A stretch of DNA of 64,000 nucleotides from positions 4,588,001-4,652,000 of the forward strand of contig JBHGNT010000007.1 of the NCBI GenBank assembly GCA_043228905.1, written 5' to 3'. Below are positions 60,601 through 64,000 of this stretch, piece after piece (position 1 is the first letter of the stretch; every line of letters begins with the position of its first letter). The position numbers and the translations under genes are program-made. This DNA is from Azolla caroliniana. Taxonomy: Eukaryota > Plantae > Polypodiophyta. The notes under the pieces were generated by a model. It searched no databases. It was not told the DNA's origin and saw nothing but the letters and a program-made list of their open reading frames with translations.

Positions 60601-62266
60601 AACAATTGCTTCATATTAAAACCTCGTTCCCGGAAGCATGACATATGACAACTTGCTAACCATTGAAGACAAATTATACTAATGACCATTTGGCTTACAA
60701 CTCATGTCTTGGTTGAAGACAAACATTGGGATTGCTTTGTGTTAAGTGCTTTCCGTATGCCAAATTGAGATTTACAAAGAAAAGCACGAGAGTTAGTATC
60801 AAGCATTAAAATCAATATTTATCTCATTTATAAGCACCTTTGATAAAAAAAAGCACAACATGATTAACGCTATCCATGAAAGCATCGACAATGGCATGAT
60901 ACAATGGTATAGAACATAGACAATGTTGTAATTCACTCTTGCCATTAGGAAAAGGTAAAACATGCGATAGGATCATTATAATTTTAATAAATAAGAGCAT
61001 GTTGTGGGCTTGATTTCGCAACACAACCAATGAAAACATACAAAATTACATAAGAAAATGATACCAAAGTCCATTTTCTTTACTCTTAGTCACCAATAGA
61101 AAAATGTTTAGCATGATAACCATGATGCTTTTACCAATGACTTCACCAAAGGACAATTTTGAAGTGTTTTAGCTTATGTCACAACGAGCAAGCATCACCA
61201 AAGGAAGTATTGAACAATCACATAGGGAGGACCGTTTTCTTTAATCCCGTTCATAACTAGGTTGAGATACACGAAGACGATTACAACACTTCGACCACCC
61301 ATATATCAACGTAGGTCGATGGACAAAATAATCGAGATTGCATAAGGTAACACCAAAGAATGCAAATTTCTTCCCATATATGTGTCATAAATGCATATCG
61401 AGGGCTGGAATCACTTGACCATTAATAATTAAACCCTCAGTGTGAGCATGGCTAGAGGTCAACTTGACCCATGTAACTCCTTAAAAGGCGACAAACAAGC
61501 AGACACGACAAAGGAATGATGCCATAGAGAATCACATTGGGGCATTGATAATATAGAAGGAAGACCATGTTCATTACTCATACTCAAAATGTTTCTCCTA
61601 TGCTAGGGTAGAGAGAGAGAGAGAGAGAGAGAGACCCGCTTGATGACGAGCTCAAGCATGGAACATGAGAGTAGAACACCCAATTCACACCCACATTGGC
61701 TAGAAGGGAGGAGGAGGGCGAGATGCGAGTACGAACCTAGTGGAGATCAATGGACAAAAGACGAAATGAGCACACATTTGCACGAGAGAGAGAGAGAGAG
61801 AGAGAAGACACACACAATGAGTTCACTAAGAGATATGTTTGACGAAATAGAGAAGTAAGAAAATTGGGTTTCAAACCCAAGACGTAGTGCGTAGCAGTGT
61901 AACAACTTATCAAACCCAAGATGTAGCGCGTAGCAGTGATAAGTTGTTAATTACAATAAAAGGAAAGAGGGACGGGGAGAGAAAGGGGGTACCAAATGGG
62001 GTTGGTTGATGGATATCAGTAGGACAAGAGAGAGAAGAAAATGTCCGAGTTGGCCCCAAGATTTTAACAAATGAGAGACCCTAGATACAAAAAGTCCCAT
62101 GCCGAGACAAAGACAAAGACTTTAGAGCCACTTGATAGTTACCAAGATCTGGACACCACGAGAGATAGGGGCGGAGACTGAGATGGAGACTAGGACCCAA
62201 ATGGAGGCAGGGACTGCAACGGGGCGAAGACTAGGACCAAGGCTTTCCGTTGGAGACTGAGAGTAG

Positions 62267-62396
62267 GGCCGAGACTTCTGTCTCGAGATCGAGGCCCTAG
62301 GACCAAAGCCGAGACTTTTTGTCTCGAGATCGAGACCCTAGGACCTATGCCGAGACGTTTTTCTCGAGATCGAGGTCGTAGGACCCATGCCGAGAG
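62267..62396 (+). repeat. Three-plus tandem ~41-bp units upstream of the HD-Zip gene
   Basis: GCCGAGAC..TCTCGAGATCGAG...TAGGACC repeated, inside a wider GAGAC/GACCAAG-rich tract at 62080-62580. Confidence 0.85.
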
Positions 62397-62967
62397 GCAA
62401 AGAGACTTGCAACGAGACGAAGGCCAGGTCCAAGCAAGACTTGTTCCCAAGACCGAGACCGAGGGCAGAGACTTCTCGTAGATCAAGACCAAGGCCAAGA
62501 ATATTCTCGAGACCGAGACCAAGACCAAGGCTTGACCTGAGGTGGAGAGTAGGCCCAGACTTAGACCAACCCAGATGACCATGAGTCTCCATGACCATCA
62601 TGACCACCATCACCATGTGACCCCACTCTAAAGAGGTGGCCTCTTGCACATGCATCCATGGCGATGTGAGAGAGACAGAGAGACAGAGACAGAGACAGAG
62701 AGACTGAGAGAGACTGAGAGAGAGACTAGACATTTTTGCCTTCTGCACCTGCTCCTTCTTCTTCTTCTTCTTCTTCCCCTGCTTTCAGTACACCCCACTC
62801 ACAGTCTACTCTACCTCTCTCCTCTGCTACCCATCATTTCTCTCTCTACCTTCCCTCCCTGTCTCCAAAACCTAGACTTCTTCTTCTTCTTCTTCTTCTT
62901 CTTTTTGAGTTTGTTCTCCTTCTTGGGTTTACATTGTTTCTTCTTCTTCTCATTCTTCCATGCTCAC

Positions 62968-63173
62968 ATGGCGGTCTCCAAGGTTAGTAAGAAGAAAGAT
63001 GGAGCTAATTGCAAGTATGTCCGTTACACAGAAGAGCAGGTCGAAGCCTTAGAGAGGCTGTACGCAGAATGCCCTAACCCTAGCTCTTTTCGGCGCCTTC
63101 AGCTTCTCAAAGACTGCCCTATCCTCTCAAGAATCGAACCCAGACAGATCAAAGTATGGTTCCAGAATAGAAG
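62968..63173 (+). CDS. C3HDZ: Class III HD-Zip transcription factor, first coding exon (homeodomain); the gene continues beyond the window
   Basis: KYVRYTEEQVEALERLYAECPNPSSFRRLQLLKDCPILSRIEPRQIKVWFQNRR, with the class III-specific insertion and the conserved intron after WFQNR (AG|GTAAAA); (CTT)n-rich 5' UTR. Confidence 0.95.
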
Positions 63174-64000
63174 GTAAAATTAACCTCCTTCTCCTTCTCC
63201 CTCCTCCTCTTCATTTTTTCATTTACATTTAAAAACTGGCCAATTAATTAATTAAATTCAACTACATTCTTTTGTAGTTTTAATTTTTCTTCCGTTCTTT
63301 TTTGTTGCATTTTCCATATTTTGTTCACTATTCTTTAATTTTAATTTGAAATCTCTTCTTATTCTGTTCTCTCTTTCTCTCCCTATAGAGTTTTTTTCGT
63401 CTGTGTGTACATTTGTAATTTCTTCTGTACTAATTTATCCGTAATTCTGGTTAATTTCTTCTTCTTTGCAGAGCCCATTTTGATTTAAGAATCCTTTGTA
63501 TTTTTTTGTTTCTGCCAAAGTTTTGAAACAAAATTTTCTTCTTTGATTGTTTTATTTGTTGATGGATTCTCTTCTCTTTCTCCATCCCCTCTTTTTTGAA
63601 TCAGACAGAGTTTTCTAACATATTTCTGATCACTAGCTTTTTCTTTTGTATTTGTACAAATTTTAATTGTACTTTTAGCTTTCGTTTTAAATCTTATCTT
63701 CCTCTCCACTCCAGCCCCTGTTACTTCATTGCGTTCAAACAGTGAAAATTCTAAACAATTTAGTATGCAAAGAATGCACCTTCTTTCTTTCATCATCTTC
63801 AGTCTTTTTGGAAGGAGAAAGAAATCAATCTTTTCTCATTTTTGGTTATGTTTGTGATGACCAAACTGCATGATGAAATATGGGTAAAATGGTTTTTTTT
63901 AATGAAATATGGGTACAGCACAATTCTTTCATGGTGTATGAATTTATCAACAATGTGATATATGAATATCTTGATAATTTGGTATGAAAATGAACAAATC

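Noticed and set aside
48100-61600. Short ORFs and possible TE relics in AT-rich DNA
   Set aside because: No recognisable motifs, termini or splice-consistent gene model; probably old TE debris that cannot be classified by eye
62644-62967. N-terminal extension of the HD-Zip ORF
   Set aside because: It is translated (GA)n/(CTT)n microsatellite 5' UTR; the ATG at 62968 fits the family N-terminus

Overview
Eukaryotic, land-plant DNA, most consistent with a seed-free plant such as a fern or lycophyte (inferred from the TE lineages, the (CT)n tracts and the divergent class III HD-Zip gene). Bases 1-47 kb are a nested transposon pile: Trp-primed Ty3/Gypsy elements with 4-bp TSDs, a Gypsy carrying an extra 3' ORF, several Ty1/Copia elements, solo LTRs, LINE 3' fragments and one young, intact, self-priming chromovirus (40028-45796). 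Bases 48-62 kb are AT-rich decayed intergenic DNA, and exon 1 of a class III HD-Zip gene starts at 62968. The standout is an 8.7-kb Sola-like DNA transposon (9854-18568; 36-bp TIRs, TGAA TSD). Divergently from its transposase it carries an apparently intact six-exon, ~974-aa gene fusing a ParB/Srx-like domain to a prokaryote-type beta-class N6-adenine/N4-cytosine DNA methyltransferase. The first intron of that gene holds six 25-bp palindromes at an exact 51-bp period. Domain calls come from motif recognition by eye; no database searches were run.
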